Shown: positions 1 to 9,047, numbered from the stretch's first letter. The stretch: DNA of 64,000 nt from Dehalococcoidia bacterium (GCA_964291495.2 OZ219871.1:1216001-1280000); one strand, 5' to 3'. The notes: generated from the sequence alone by a model not told the origin. Numbers and translations are program-made.

Positions 1-543
1 GCTCGCCCCGCTCAGCGCCTCGACCCCAACGATGGCGCCCGAGGCGTCGCGCATCAGCTCGCGCCCCGGCGTCTCGAGCAGCACCTCGATCTCGCGCGCG
101 CGCAGCGCCGCGGTGAGCGTCTCGAAGAGACGCTGCTTCCCCAGCTCGCCGTCGACGCCGATGTACCCGCCGTAGGACTCGCTGCCGGGCAGCTCCGGGA
201 ACTCGGGGCGGTAGTCGCCGTGCACGGCGACACGCGCGCCGAGGCTCTCGACCCAGGCGGAGTTCTTCGCCGTCTCCCGCGCCCAGACCTCGATCACCTC
301 CTCGGGGACGGGGAAGTCACCGCAGAGGGCGCGCAGGTAGGTGGCGGCGCCCTCGGGGTCGGTGTTGTCGAACCAGACGCCGCCGGAGACGCGCGTGTTC
401 CCGCCCTCGCGGCCGGCGGGCATCTTCTCGAGGACGATGACCTCCGCCCCGGCGTCGTGCGCCGCGATGGCGGCGGCACAGCCGGCCGCGCCGAGCCCGA
501 GCACGACGACGTCCGCCTCGCGATCCCACGCCGCTTCGGTCAT
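1..543 (-). CDS. FAD-dependent oxidoreductase (FAD_binding_2 / 3-ketosteroid dehydrogenase/TcuA-like), 3' end beyond window
   Basis: Manual translation from ATG at 543: MTEAAWDREADVVVLGLGAAGCAAAIAAHDAGAEVIVLEKM, a Rossmann GxGxxG FAD motif; GAGGAG RBS upstream. Not in ORF track because it runs off the window. Confidence 0.8.
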   Translation of the reverse strand, partial: MTEAAWDREADVVVLGLGAAGCAAAIAAHDAGAEVIVLEKMPAGREGGNTRVSGGVWFDNTDPEGAATYLRALCGDFPVPEEVIEVWARETAKNSAWVESLGARVAVHGDYRPEFPELPGSESYGGYIGVDGELGKQRLFETLTAALRAREIEVLLETPGRELMRDASGAIVGVEALSGAS

Positions 544-579
544 CGCGCACTCCTCGCTGCTGCAGAGTGTTGGTGAGGA

Positions 580-655
580 TGGCGCGCCGGGAAGGATTCG
601 AACCCTCGACCATCAGATCCGAAGTCTGACGCTCTGTCCCCTGAGCTACCGGCGC
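580..655 (-). tRNA. tRNA-Arg(UCG)
   Basis: Reverse complement folds as a cloverleaf: acceptor GCGCCGG/CCGGCGC, D-arm GCTC/GAGC, anticodon stem TCAGA-CT TCG GA-TCTGA, T-loop GTTCGAATC, encoded CCA. Confidence 0.95.
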
Positions 656-734
656 GCGGCCGACCGGGACGCTACGAGTGTACCCGCGGGCGCGCTAGGA
701 TCGCGCCGGGCGGCACGGCCGCGGGGGAGACGCG

Positions 735-953
735 ATGCAACCTCGCTACAGCCAGCATGCGACGGAGCGAATGACTGAGCAGGGCATCACCCGCGAGATG
801 GTCGAGGCGGTGCTTGCATCCCCCGAGCGAACCATCGAGGGCGCCACCGCCATTGAGCACGAGGCGACCGTCTCAGGCCGCCTTGTGCACGTGGTGCTCT
901 CTTCAAGCCCGGAATCCCCTATCGTGATTACGGTCTACTGGGTGGCAGAGTGA
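735..953 (+). CDS. DUF4258-family putative RNase toxin
   Basis: 72 aa with YSQHATERM..GIT..V..VL..P and a C-terminal IVITVY, typical of DUF4258; directly upstream of a DUF2283-like gene. Confidence 0.75.
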   Translation: MQPRYSQHATERMTEQGITREMVEAVLASPERTIEGATAIEHEATVSGRLVHVVLSSSPESPIVITVYWVAE

Positions 954-966
954 GAGGAGCGTCGGG

Positions 967-1212
967 ATGCAAGTCCGCTACGACTCGGAAGCCGATGTGA
1001 TCTTCCTGACGCTCCGCGCAGCCGAGGGCGGCGAGGCCGGTGGGCAGCGCCTTGACGAGAGCCGGATCGCGCATCTCGATCGCGCCGGCCACATCTTCGC
1101 CTACGAGTTCCTCGCTGTGAGCAGCGGTGTCTCGCTCGACGGCATTGAGGCGGACGACGCAACGCTGATCCGTGAAGCACTCCAGCCGGTCGGACAGCTT
1201 GCCGTCGCCTGA
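967..1212 (+). CDS. DUF2283-family putative antitoxin
   Basis: MQVRYDSEADVIFLTL...D..G.I..YEF pattern; AGGAG RBS. Confidence 0.75.
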   Translation: MQVRYDSEADVIFLTLRAAEGGEAGGQRLDESRIAHLDRAGHIFAYEFLAVSSGVSLDGIEADDATLIREALQPVGQLAVA

Positions 1213-1254
1213 TTGCACTCGCCCGGGCGCACGCCCGCGGGATGGGACGCGACG

Positions 1255-1629
1255 ATGCGGGTCACGAGGATCTACACCGGAGACGACGAGCAGTCGCACT
1301 TCGAGGACATCGACATCGAGACGGGCGCGGGCGGGACGCAGCGCTCCCCGGACTTCCCGGCGACCGCCGTCGGGCTGCGCGAGTCCGACGGCGCACGCGA
1401 CCTCGATTTCCACCCGGCGCCCCGCAGGCAGCTGGTGGTCGTCCTCGCCGGACGGCTGGAGATCGAGGTGGGCAACGGCACGAGGCGAGAGTTCGGGCCG
1501 GGCGAGATGTTCCTCGCCGACGACACGAGCGGGCAGGGCCACATCCTCCGCGACATCGGCGGCCCGCACCGAGGCGTCGTCGTCCCCCTCGCGCCCGGGT
1601 TCGACCTCGAGGCGTTCCGCGGCGGGTAG
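1255..1629 (+). CDS. Cupin-like protein
   Basis: MRVTRIYTGDDEQSHFED...HPAPRRQ...G.LEIEV..G..R.FGPG...D..GQGH; paralog at 15787. Confidence 0.75.
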   Translation: MRVTRIYTGDDEQSHFEDIDIETGAGGTQRSPDFPATAVGLRESDGARDLDFHPAPRRQLVVVLAGRLEIEVGNGTRREFGPGEMFLADDTSGQGHILRDIGGPHRGVVVPLAPGFDLEAFRGG

Positions 1630-1670
1630 CTGCTGCCCGGCCGGAGCCGGAGCGGCGCAAGCGCCGCAGG

Positions 1671-1709
1671 CCCTCACCCCCGCCCTCTCCCTCGGGGAGA
1701 GGGAGCCGG
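1671..1709 (+). repeat. BoxC/REP-like palindromic repeat, copy 1
   Basis: CCCTCACCCCCGCCCTCTCCC-TCG-GGGAGAGGG; same core at 2038, 40708, 53547 (inverted) and 53645. Confidence 0.85.
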
Positions 1710-1712
1710 ACG

Positions 1713-2027
1713 CTACGGCAGCGGCGAGTAGTCGGTGGGCGCGAGGATATCGGAGCGGATGCGCCTGACAAACGACCCCTCGGCGCGGATGCGATGCCAC
1801 TCCTCATCGGCGAAGAACGCCGCCCACTTGCGGTCACGCTCAGCCATGTCGCCGAACCGCATCAGGTAGACGAGCCGGTCGCTCCAGCCGCCGTGAGCGT
1901 GGGTCCAGAGGCCGACTACGGGCATCTCGAGGCGCTCGAAGATCGGCAGCAGGCGTTCGCGAAAGCGAGCGTGCTGCTCGGGCATTGCGCCCGCCACGGC
2001 CTCGTAGGTTCGCAGTTCGTAGATCAT
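1713..2027 (-). CDS. NIPSNAP family protein (copy 1)
   Basis: MIYELRTY...W..F..DEEW...IRSDILAPTDYSPLP. Confidence 0.9.
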   Translation of the reverse strand: MIYELRTYEAVAGAMPEQHARFRERLLPIFERLEMPVVGLWTHAHGGWSDRLVYLMRFGDMAERDRKWAAFFADEEWHRIRAEGSFVRRIRSDILAPTDYSPLP

Positions 2028-2037
2028 CGCCGGCTCC

Positions 2038-2078
2038 CCCTCACCCTAGCCCTCTCCCGCCAGGGGAGAGGGGACCGG
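2038..2078 (+). repeat. BoxC/REP-like palindromic repeat, copy 2
   Basis: CCCTCACCCTAGCCCTCTCCC-GCCAG-GGGAGAGGGGACCGG. Confidence 0.85.
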
Positions 2079-2085
2079 CCGGAAG

Positions 2086-2412
2086 CTACGGCAGCGGCGA
2101 GTAGTCGGTAGGCGCGAGGATGTCGGAGCGGATGCGCGTGACGATCGCGCCGTCGCGCTCCGAGTCGGCGCGGACCTGCCGCCACTCCTCGTCCGCCCGG
2201 AACGTGGCCCACTTGCGGTCGCGGTCGGCCATGTCCTCGAACTTCATCAGGTAGACGAGCTGATCGCTCCAGCCGCCGTGGGCGTAGGTCCAGAAGCCTA
2301 CGACGTCCAAGCCATGGTTCGCGAAGATGCGCAGCGTGTGGTCGCGGAAGCGAGCGTTGAGCGCGCCCAGCTTGCCCGGAGCTGCCTCGTAGATTCGCAG
2401 TTCGTAGATCAT
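2086..2412 (-). CDS. NIPSNAP family protein (copy 2)
   Basis: ATG at 2412 with GGAGGAG RBS; MIYELRIYEAAPGKLGALNARFRDHT...PTDYSPLP. Confidence 0.9.
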   Translation of the reverse strand: MIYELRIYEAAPGKLGALNARFRDHTLRIFANHGLDVVGFWTYAHGGWSDQLVYLMKFEDMADRDRKWATFRADEEWRQVRADSERDGAIVTRIRSDILAPTDYSPLP

Positions 2413-2437
2413 CGTGGCTCCTCCCGTGAGCGCGCCG

Positions 2438-2764
2438 CTAGGGCAGCGGCGAGTAGTCCGTGGGCGCGAGGATGTCGGAGCGGATGCGCGCGGTGAGCGG
2501 GCCATCGCGGTGTGACTCCGCGACGACGCTCTGCCACTCCTCGTCGGCGATGAACGAGGCCCACTTGCGGGCACGGTCGGCCATGTCCTCGAACTTCATG
2601 AGGTAGACGAGCTGGTCGCTCCAGCCGCCGTGGGCGTAGGTCCAGAAGCCGACGACGTCGAGCCCGTGGTTCGCGAAGATACGCAGCGTGTGGTCGCGGA
2701 AGCGGCGATGGAGCGCGCCCAGCTTGCCCGGCGCCGCCTCGTACGTGCGTAGCTCATAGATCAT
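2438..2764 (-). CDS. NIPSNAP family protein (copy 3)
   Basis: ATG at 2764 with AAGGAG RBS; nearly identical to copy 2. Confidence 0.9.
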   Translation of the reverse strand: MIYELRTYEAAPGKLGALHRRFRDHTLRIFANHGLDVVGFWTYAHGGWSDQLVYLMKFEDMADRARKWASFIADEEWQSVVAESHRDGPLTARIRSDILAPTDYSPLP

Positions 2765-2846
2765 CGCTGCTCCTTCCGCCGCGGCGCCGACGATACGCCC
2801 TCGCGGGGCGCACGGCGAGATGGCGATTGGGGGCAGCGAGGCCCCG

Positions 2847-3740
2847 CTACGCCTGGAGCGCGGGGAGGTGCTCCGCTCCGAACTCGGCGAGGAGCTCGGG
2901 GGTGCGGTCGATCTGCCCGGGATCGGCGCGGATGGTCGTGTGCTCCACGCCGGCCTCGCGGAGCCGGTGCATGTCCTCCGCCAGCCGGTCCAGCTCCCCA
3001 GCGACGAGGAAGCCCGCGCCCCCGGCGTGCAGGGTGATCGAGGCCGGATCGCGTCCCGCACCCTCGGCGATCTCGCGGACGCGCTCCCAGTCCACCAGCG
3101 TCTTCTCGAGGGGACTGCGCGGCGCGGCCATCCAGCCGTCGCCGAAGCGCACGGTCCGCTCCATCTGCGGGCGCGTGTCGCCGCCGAACCAGAAGGGGAT
3201 CGGCCCGGCCGGTTGCGGGCGGCAGGTCCAGCCGTCCACCCGGTAGAACTCGCCGTCGAAGTCGACCCAGTCCTGCGACCAGAACGCGCGCAGGAGTTGC
3301 AGCGCCTCGTCCGTCCGCCGCCCGCGGCGGTCGTACGGGAGGTCGAGTACCTCGAACTCCTCCTCGCACCAGCCGACGCCCACGCCGAGGATCAGTCGCC
3401 CGCCACTCAGGTGGTCGAGCGTCGCGAGCACCTTCGCGAGCAGCACCGGTTGCCGCATCGGCAGCACGAGCACCGAGGTGCCGAGCCGGATGCGCTCGGT
3501 CGCCCCGGCCACGAACGTCAGCAGCGAGAGCGCCTCGAGCATGATGTCGGGCGGGTAGATGGTGCTGTTGATGCCGTCCGCCGCATACGGGTAGGGCGAA
3601 CGGAACTCCCGAGGCACCACCACGTGGTCGGCGGCCCACAGCGAGTCGAACCCTGCGGCGTCGGCGGCCCGTGCACAGCGCAGCACGTGCTCCCTCGTGG
3701 CCGTCGGTCCGAACTGCGGGAGCGAGAGTCCAACCTGCAT
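2847..3740 (-). CDS. LLM-class (luciferase-like) flavin/F420-dependent oxidoreductase
   Basis: GFDSLWAADHVV, TERIRLGTSVLVLP, GRLILGVGVGW motifs. Confidence 0.9.
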   Translation of the reverse strand: MQVGLSLPQFGPTATREHVLRCARAADAAGFDSLWAADHVVVPREFRSPYPYAADGINSTIYPPDIMLEALSLLTFVAGATERIRLGTSVLVLPMRQPVLLAKVLATLDHLSGGRLILGVGVGWCEEEFEVLDLPYDRRGRRTDEALQLLRAFWSQDWVDFDGEFYRVDGWTCRPQPAGPIPFWFGGDTRPQMERTVRFGDGWMAAPRSPLEKTLVDWERVREIAEGAGRDPASITLHAGGAGFLVAGELDRLAEDMHRLREAGVEHTTIRADPGQIDRTPELLAEFGAEHLPALQA

Positions 3741-3825
3741 GATGCCCCGGGCGCCATGATGCACCGTGCGGCGCGCGGCCTGCTACCCTCGCGGCTGCGC
3801 CGTGCGTGCGACGAAGGGGGTTGCC

Positions 3826-5028
3826 ATGGGCGCCGGACCCGCGGCGGGACTGCCGCTTTCCGAGCTGCTGGTGATCGACCTGACGCGAGCGCGCTCGGGC
3901 CCGACCTGCGTGCGTCAGCTCGCGGACTGGGGCGCCGACGTGATCAAGATTGAGCCGCCGCCCGCCTCGGGTGTGCAGGCGACGATCACCGGCGGCCGCC
4001 ACGGCTTCGACTTCCAGAACCTGCACCGCAACAAGCGCAGCCTCACCCTCGACCTCAAGGCTCCCGAGGGACGCGACGTGCTGCTCAAGCTCGCGGAGAC
4101 GGCCGACGTGGTCGTCGAGAACTTCCGGCCGCTCGTCAAGCAGCGGCTCGGCATCGACTACGCGACGCTGCGCGAGGTGAACCCGCGAATCATCTACGCG
4201 AGCATCTCCGGGTTCGGGCAGAGCGGCCCCTATCGCGACCGCCCCGGCTTCGACCAGATCGCGCAGGGCCTCGGCGGCATCATGTCGGTCACCGGCCTGC
4301 CGGGGCAGGGCCCCGTGCGCGCCGGGGTGCCGATCGCCGACCTCAGCGCGGGGCACTTCCTCGCGCAGGGCGTCCTGCTCGCGTTGATCGAGCGCGATCG
4401 CTCGGGCGAGGGCCAGTGGGTCCACACCTCGCTGCTCGAGGCGCAGATCGCGATGATGGACTTCCAGGCCGCGCGCTGGTTGATCGAGCAGGACCTGCCG
4501 GGCCAGGCGGGGAACGACCACCCGACCTCGATTCCCACGGGCGTCTTCCCCACCGCCGACGGCCACATCAACATCGCCGCCTCCGGCCAGCCGATCTACG
4601 AGCGCTTCTGCAAGGCGATCGGCGCCCCCGAGCTGATCGAGCGCCCCGAGTACGCGGACGGACAGTCGCGCTCGGAGCACCGCAAGGAGCTCAACGCCGA
4701 GCTAGCCGCGATCACCGGCGCCCGGACCAGCGCCGAGTGGATCGAGGACCTCAACGCGGCGGGGGTGCCCTGCGGGCCGATCTACCGCGTCGACGAGATG
4801 GCGGAGGACGAGCAGGTCCGCCACCTCGGCATCGCCCGGCCGGCTTCGCACCCGGAGCTGGGCGAGATCGAGCTTGTCGGGCAGGCGATGCAGCTCGAGC
4901 GGACACCACAGCCGCCGCAGATGCGCAGCGCCGCGCCCGCGCTCGGCGAGCACAGCGACGAGGTGCTCACCAGCCTCGGCTACGACGACGAGGCGATCGC
5001 CGGGCTGCGCGAGCGCGGCGTCGTCTAG
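3826..5028 (+). CDS. CaiB/BaiF family (class III) CoA-transferase
   Basis: GADVIKIEPP, NLHRNKRSLTLDLK, DVVVENFRP, APALGEHSDEVL motifs. Confidence 0.93.
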   Translation: MGAGPAAGLPLSELLVIDLTRARSGPTCVRQLADWGADVIKIEPPPASGVQATITGGRHGFDFQNLHRNKRSLTLDLKAPEGRDVLLKLAETADVVVENFRPLVKQRLGIDYATLREVNPRIIYASISGFGQSGPYRDRPGFDQIAQGLGGIMSVTGLPGQGPVRAGVPIADLSAGHFLAQGVLLALIERDRSGEGQWVHTSLLEAQIAMMDFQAARWLIEQDLPGQAGNDHPTSIPTGVFPTADGHINIAASGQPIYERFCKAIGAPELIERPEYADGQSRSEHRKELNAELAAITGARTSAEWIEDLNAAGVPCGPIYRVDEMAEDEQVRHLGIARPASHPELGEIELVGQAMQLERTPQPPQMRSAAPALGEHSDEVLTSLGYDDEAIAGLRERGVV

Positions 5029-5068
5029 CGCACGGACCAGCGAGCAACCTCGGAGCCCCGGAGGAGCG

Positions 5069-5863
5069 ATGGAGACCACGACCGACCAGCTGATCGCAGA
5101 GGTCGAGGACGGCATCGGCTGGCTGACCTTCAACCACGCGGAGCGGCGCAACGCGCTGACCGTCGCGATGACGGCGGCGCTGCCCGGCGTCCTCGAGCAG
5201 TTCGCCGCCGACGACTCGGCGCGGGTGCTCGTGATGAAGGGCGCGGGCGATCGCGCCTTCGTCTCCGGGGCGGACATCTCCGAGTTCGAGCAACGCCGCG
5301 CCTCGCCCGAGGCGATCGCGAAGTTCGACAAGTCGGGCCGGCGCATGGCGGCTGCCTTCGCGGAGTTCCCGAAGCCGATCGTAGCGATGATCCGCGGCTT
5401 CGCGATGGGCGGCGGGCTGATGATGGCGATGCGCGCCGACATCCGCATCGCCGCCGAGGACTCGCAGTTCGGCATCCCCGCCGCGCGCCTCGGACTCGGC
5501 TACGGCTACCAGGGCGTCGAGAACCTCGTGAACCTCGTCGGACCCGCCCACGCGAACGAGATCCTGCTGACCGGCGGGCGCTTCGACGCCGAGACGGCGC
5601 TGCGCTGGGGCCTGATCAACCGCGTCGTCCCCGTCGAGCGGCTCGAGGCGGAGACGCGCGAGGTGGCGGGCGCGATCGCGGAGAACGCCCCGCTCACCGT
5701 CGCCGCACTGCGCGCCTCGATCCGCCAGACGCTGCTGGACCCGGCACGGCGCGACATGGACACGATCACGGAGATGATCGCGGCCTGCTTCGCGAGCGAG
5801 GACTACATCGAGGGCCGCCGCGCCTTCATGGAGAAGCGCCGGCCCGAGTTCACGGGGCGCTGA
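5069..5863 (+). CDS. Enoyl-CoA hydratase/isomerase
   Basis: AFVSGADI, KPIVAMIRGFAMGGG, EGRRAFMEKRRPEFTGR; GGAGGAG RBS. Confidence 0.92.
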   Translation: METTTDQLIAEVEDGIGWLTFNHAERRNALTVAMTAALPGVLEQFAADDSARVLVMKGAGDRAFVSGADISEFEQRRASPEAIAKFDKSGRRMAAAFAEFPKPIVAMIRGFAMGGGLMMAMRADIRIAAEDSQFGIPAARLGLGYGYQGVENLVNLVGPAHANEILLTGGRFDAETALRWGLINRVVPVERLEAETREVAGAIAENAPLTVAALRASIRQTLLDPARRDMDTITEMIAACFASEDYIEGRRAFMEKRRPEFTGR

Positions 5864-5870
5864 GCCCCGC

Positions 5871-6239
5871 ATGAACCTCGTGCTGATCGCCCTCGGCGGC
5901 GCGGCCGGCGCGCTGCTGCGCTACGGCGTCAGCGAGTGGGTGACGGCGCCGCGAGGCGGCTTCCCGCTCGCCACGCTGCTCGCGAACGTAACGGGCGCCT
6001 TCCTGCTCGGCGTCGCCTCGATCCTGCTCGTGCGCCTCGAGGTTTCCGCCGCCGTGCGGCTCGGCCTCACCGTCGGCGTGCTCGGCGCCTACACCACGTT
6101 CTCGACATTCAGCGTCGAAACGCTGGACCTCGTCAGCGACGGCCAGTGGCGGACGGCCGCGCTCTACGTCGTCGCCAGCGTCGCGGGGGCCCTCGCGGCG
6201 GCGTGGGCAGGGCAGAGCCTCGCGCGCGCTACGGGGTAG
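5871..6239 (+). CDS. crcB: Fluoride efflux channel Fluc/CrcB
   Basis: GGAAGALLRY, TLLANVTG.FLLG, GVLGAYTTFSTFSVET. Confidence 0.93.
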   Translation: MNLVLIALGGAAGALLRYGVSEWVTAPRGGFPLATLLANVTGAFLLGVASILLVRLEVSAAVRLGLTVGVLGAYTTFSTFSVETLDLVSDGQWRTAALYVVASVAGALAAAWAGQSLARATG

Positions 6240-6256
6240 GGGCGGGAGACCTTTTC

Positions 6257-6298
6257 TTGACTCGCAAAGCACCCTACTACACAATAAGATTGTTGTGT
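6257..6298 (+). promoter_or_regulatory. Sigma70-type promoter with overlapping inverted repeat
   Basis: TTGACT(6257)-17 bp-CACAAT(6280); inverted repeat ACACAA(6279-84)/TTGTGT(6293-98). Confidence 0.55.
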
Positions 6299-6300
6299 CA

Positions 6301-6741
6301 GTGATCCCCGACGTCAACGATCGCGGGCTCCTCCCACCCGGAGTTCACCTCGCGAGTTGGGACGAGGTTGCGGCCAGACTCGGGACCAATCCGTGGAGGC
6401 AACACCTGTTGACTGGACTCAGAGCCGCGCTTGAGAACCTGAGGGCCGCAGGTTGCCGAAGGATCTACCTCGACGGGAGCTTCGTGACGAGCAAGACCAT
6501 CCCGAACGACTACGACGCCTGTTGGGAAGAGGCGGACGTCGATCCTGACATCCTCGATCCCGTGCTGCTGACTTTCGACCCGGGGCGGGCGATGCAGAAG
6601 GCCAAGTACCTGGGCGAGTTGTTCCCCGCATCGGTGGTCGCCGGTCTGGATGGACTGTCGTTCCTTGATTTCTTCCAGACCGACAGGGAGACCGGGGAAC
6701 GCAAGGGCATCATCGCGATCGACCTGGAGGGCCTGACATGA
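6301..6741 (+). CDS. DUF6932-like minimal nucleotidyltransferase
   Basis: G.LPPGVH..W, IYLDGSFVTSK..PNDYD (GS...DxD pol-beta motif); less GC-rich than flanks; GTG start uncertain. Confidence 0.7.
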   Translation: MIPDVNDRGLLPPGVHLASWDEVAARLGTNPWRQHLLTGLRAALENLRAAGCRRIYLDGSFVTSKTIPNDYDACWEEADVDPDILDPVLLTFDPGRAMQKAKYLGELFPASVVAGLDGLSFLDFFQTDRETGERKGIIAIDLEGLT

Positions 6742-7148
6742 TCAAGAACGAACGCCAATACCGGATCACCAGATCGCAGGCCGCCCGCTTCGCGACAACC
6801 CTCGAGCACCTGGAGCAGCACCCAGGCGGGGTCGAGGGGGTGCACCCTCGCATCGCCCAGGCACAACGGGATGCGCTGAAGAGCCAGCTCGAAGACCTTG
6901 AGCGTGAGTTGCGCGAGTACGAATCACTGAGGGCAGGAGAGTTCGATCTCGAAGAGTTGCGCGTCGTCGGCGAACTGGCGACGTTTCTGATCAAGGCACG
7001 CATCGCCTGCGGGCTGAGCCAGAAGGACCTGGCGGAGCGCATGGGACTCAAGCACCAGCAGATCCAGCGCTACGAAGCCACGGACTACGCATCCGCCAGT
7101 CTCGCTCGCATCAAGGAGGTCGCGAGCGCCCTCGGCATGACGAGCTAG
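6738..7148 (+). CDS. XRE-family HTH protein (putative antitoxin/regulator)
   Basis: MIKNERQY N-terminus; LIKARIACGLSQKDLAERMG..QQIQRYE HTH; ATGA overlap with upstream gene. Confidence 0.85.
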   Translation: MIKNERQYRITRSQAARFATTLEHLEQHPGGVEGVHPRIAQAQRDALKSQLEDLERELREYESLRAGEFDLEELRVVGELATFLIKARIACGLSQKDLAERMGLKHQQIQRYEATDYASASLARIKEVASALGMTS

Positions 7149-8020
7149 CCCCGCGCAGCCGCGAGCGAGTAGAGCAGCCCCTCCACATCCCGCGGCGGCA
7201 GCGCCGGGCCGGGGGCGAGCAGGCAGTGGGTGACGCCCGCACCGCCGAGGGCGGAGGCGGTTTCGAGGATGGCGGCGGCGGGCTGCTCGGGGGAGACCGG
7301 GAGCGGGGCGCAGACGTCGATGGCGGCGAAGTCGCGGGCGGCGGCCTCGCAGGCCTCGCGCGCCGCGCCGACCGCCGCGGCCGGGTCCGAGGCGGCGTCG
7401 AGGATCAGGCCGTCGCCGCCGGCGGCGAGGCGGGCGAGGGCGCTCGGGCCCTCGTCGCGGACGTAGATCGGCGGGTGCGGCTTGCGGATCGGCTTCGGGT
7501 AGGCGCCGATGTAGCCGAAGCGGATGTAGGCGCCCTCGAAGGTGCTCGGGTCGTCGCTCTCGCGCCACAGCTCGCGGCAGATCGCCAGCCACTCGTCGGC
7601 CACCTCGGCGCGCGGCTCGTGGTAGTCCTCGACGCCGAGCGCGGCGAACTCGCCGGGCGAGGCCTCCTGCGAGACGCCAAAGAGGAGCCGACCCTTCGCG
7701 ATGCAGTCGAGGGTGCTCACCGCCTTGGCGAGGAAGAGCGGGTTGCGCAGCGGCAGCACGCAGTCGAGCGTCCCGACCTCGATGCGCTCAGTGTTGGCGG
7801 CGATGCCGGTGAGCAGCGAGATTGGCTCCAGCACCTCCTCGCGCCAGGCGTTCGCTCCGCCCTCGCCGCGCAGCGGCGTGGCGAGCCGGTCGGAGGCCCA
7901 GACCGAGTCGAGGCCGAAGCGCTCGGCCGCCTCGGCGAGTCCCACGAGCGCCGAGGCGTCGAGGGCGCGCGCGGGGCCGGCGGCGTTGGGCAACACCAGT
8001 CCGAAGCGCATCGGCGTCAC
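7145..8020 (-). CDS. LLM-class oxidoreductase (divergent)
   Basis: GLDSVWASDRL, TERIEVGT, YPKPIRKPHPPIYV. Confidence 0.82.
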   Translation of the reverse strand: MTPMRFGLVLPNAAGPARALDASALVGLAEAAERFGLDSVWASDRLATPLRGEGGANAWREEVLEPISLLTGIAANTERIEVGTLDCVLPLRNPLFLAKAVSTLDCIAKGRLLFGVSQEASPGEFAALGVEDYHEPRAEVADEWLAICRELWRESDDPSTFEGAYIRFGYIGAYPKPIRKPHPPIYVRDEGPSALARLAAGGDGLILDAASDPAAAVGAAREACEAAARDFAAIDVCAPLPVSPEQPAAAILETASALGGAGVTHCLLAPGPALPPRDVEGLLYSLAAARG

Positions 8021-8030
8021 CTCGCTCTGC

Positions 8031-9011
8031 TCACGCGAAGGCCGGGAGGATCTCGTCGGCCATGACCTGGATGCCGCGCATGATCCGCTCGAAGGCGGGC
8101 TCGCGGCCCTCGACGCGAGGCAGCGTCATGAAGTGGCGCACGCCGGCCTTCGCGAACTGGCGCAAGTCGGAGACGATCTCGTCGGGAGTGCCGCTGCAGA
8201 GCTGCCGCTCGCCGTCGCGTCGGCCGTTCAGCTGGAAGCGCATGCCGTGCGCGCCGCTCGCGTTGAGCAGCCAATTCTTCGAGATCTCGATCTCCTCGGG
8301 GTCTCGGCCTTCGGCGAGGCAGATGCGGCGGAACTCGGCGATGCGCTCGGTCAGCTCCTCGATCGTGTCGCCCGTGCAGTCGAAGCCCTGGCCGAGGCGG
8401 ACGGCACGGCGCATGGCGGCGCGGCTGTGGCCCCCGATCACGATCGGCGGGTGCGGCTGCTGCAGCGGCTTGGGGTAGGCGCCGACGTTCTCGAAGTTGA
8501 CGAACTCGCCGTGGAAGCTGGAAGGGCCGCTGCTGGTCCACAGTTCCTTGACCGCGCGCAGGTACTCATTGGTGACGGCGCCGCGCCGGGGGAAGTACCC
8601 GGGCGGCAGGTTGAGCGCCGTGAACTCCTCCTCCATCCAGCCCAGCCCCGCCCCGAGGGCGAGCCGTCCGTTCGAGAGGTGGTCGACCGCCGCCAGCATC
8701 TTGGCCAGCACCACGGGGTGGCGCAGCGGGATGATCAGCACGCCCTGGTTGAGGATCACGTGCTTCGTGCGCACCGCGAGCGCGCTGAGCAGCGTGACCG
8801 GCTCGTAGACCGGGTACTGCCAGCGCGTCGCGCCGCGGCGGTCGGCGTGCGCCTCGTCGTAGCCGATCTGCGCCGGCAGCACGACGTGGTCGCCCATCCA
8901 GACCGAGTGGAAGCCGAGCGCGTCGGCGGCCTCGGCGATCTCGATGCAGCCCTGGACGCCGACGCTCTGACCGAGGTTGCCGACGTTGGAGACGGAGATG
9001 CCGAACTTCAC
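8031..9011 (-). CDS. LLM-class oxidoreductase
   Basis: [41 protein letters not shown]. Confidence 0.9.
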   Translation of the reverse strand: MKFGISVSNVGNLGQSVGVQGCIEIAEAADALGFHSVWMGDHVVLPAQIGYDEAHADRRGATRWQYPVYEPVTLLSALAVRTKHVILNQGVLIIPLRHPVVLAKMLAAVDHLSNGRLALGAGLGWMEEEFTALNLPPGYFPRRGAVTNEYLRAVKELWTSSGPSSFHGEFVNFENVGAYPKPLQQPHPPIVIGGHSRAAMRRAVRLGQGFDCTGDTIEELTERIAEFRRICLAEGRDPEEIEISKNWLLNASGAHGMRFQLNGRRDGERQLCSGTPDEIVSDLRQFAKAGVRHFMTLPRVEGREPAFERIMRGIQVMADEILPAFA

Positions 9012-9047
9012 GGGCGACTCCTCGAGCGCTGCGTCGCTGCGCGCACC

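Noticed and set aside
580-1212. tRNA-anchored genomic island
   Set aside because: The TA pair lies at the tRNA 5' side; no integrase or repeated tRNA 3' end seen in the window.
1671-2078. CRISPR array
   Set aside because: Repeats are separated by whole genes and dispersed elsewhere; no regular spacers and no cas genes.
5850-5871. Fluoride riboswitch upstream of crcB
   Set aside because: Only 7 nt separate crcB from the upstream stop codon; no room or motif.
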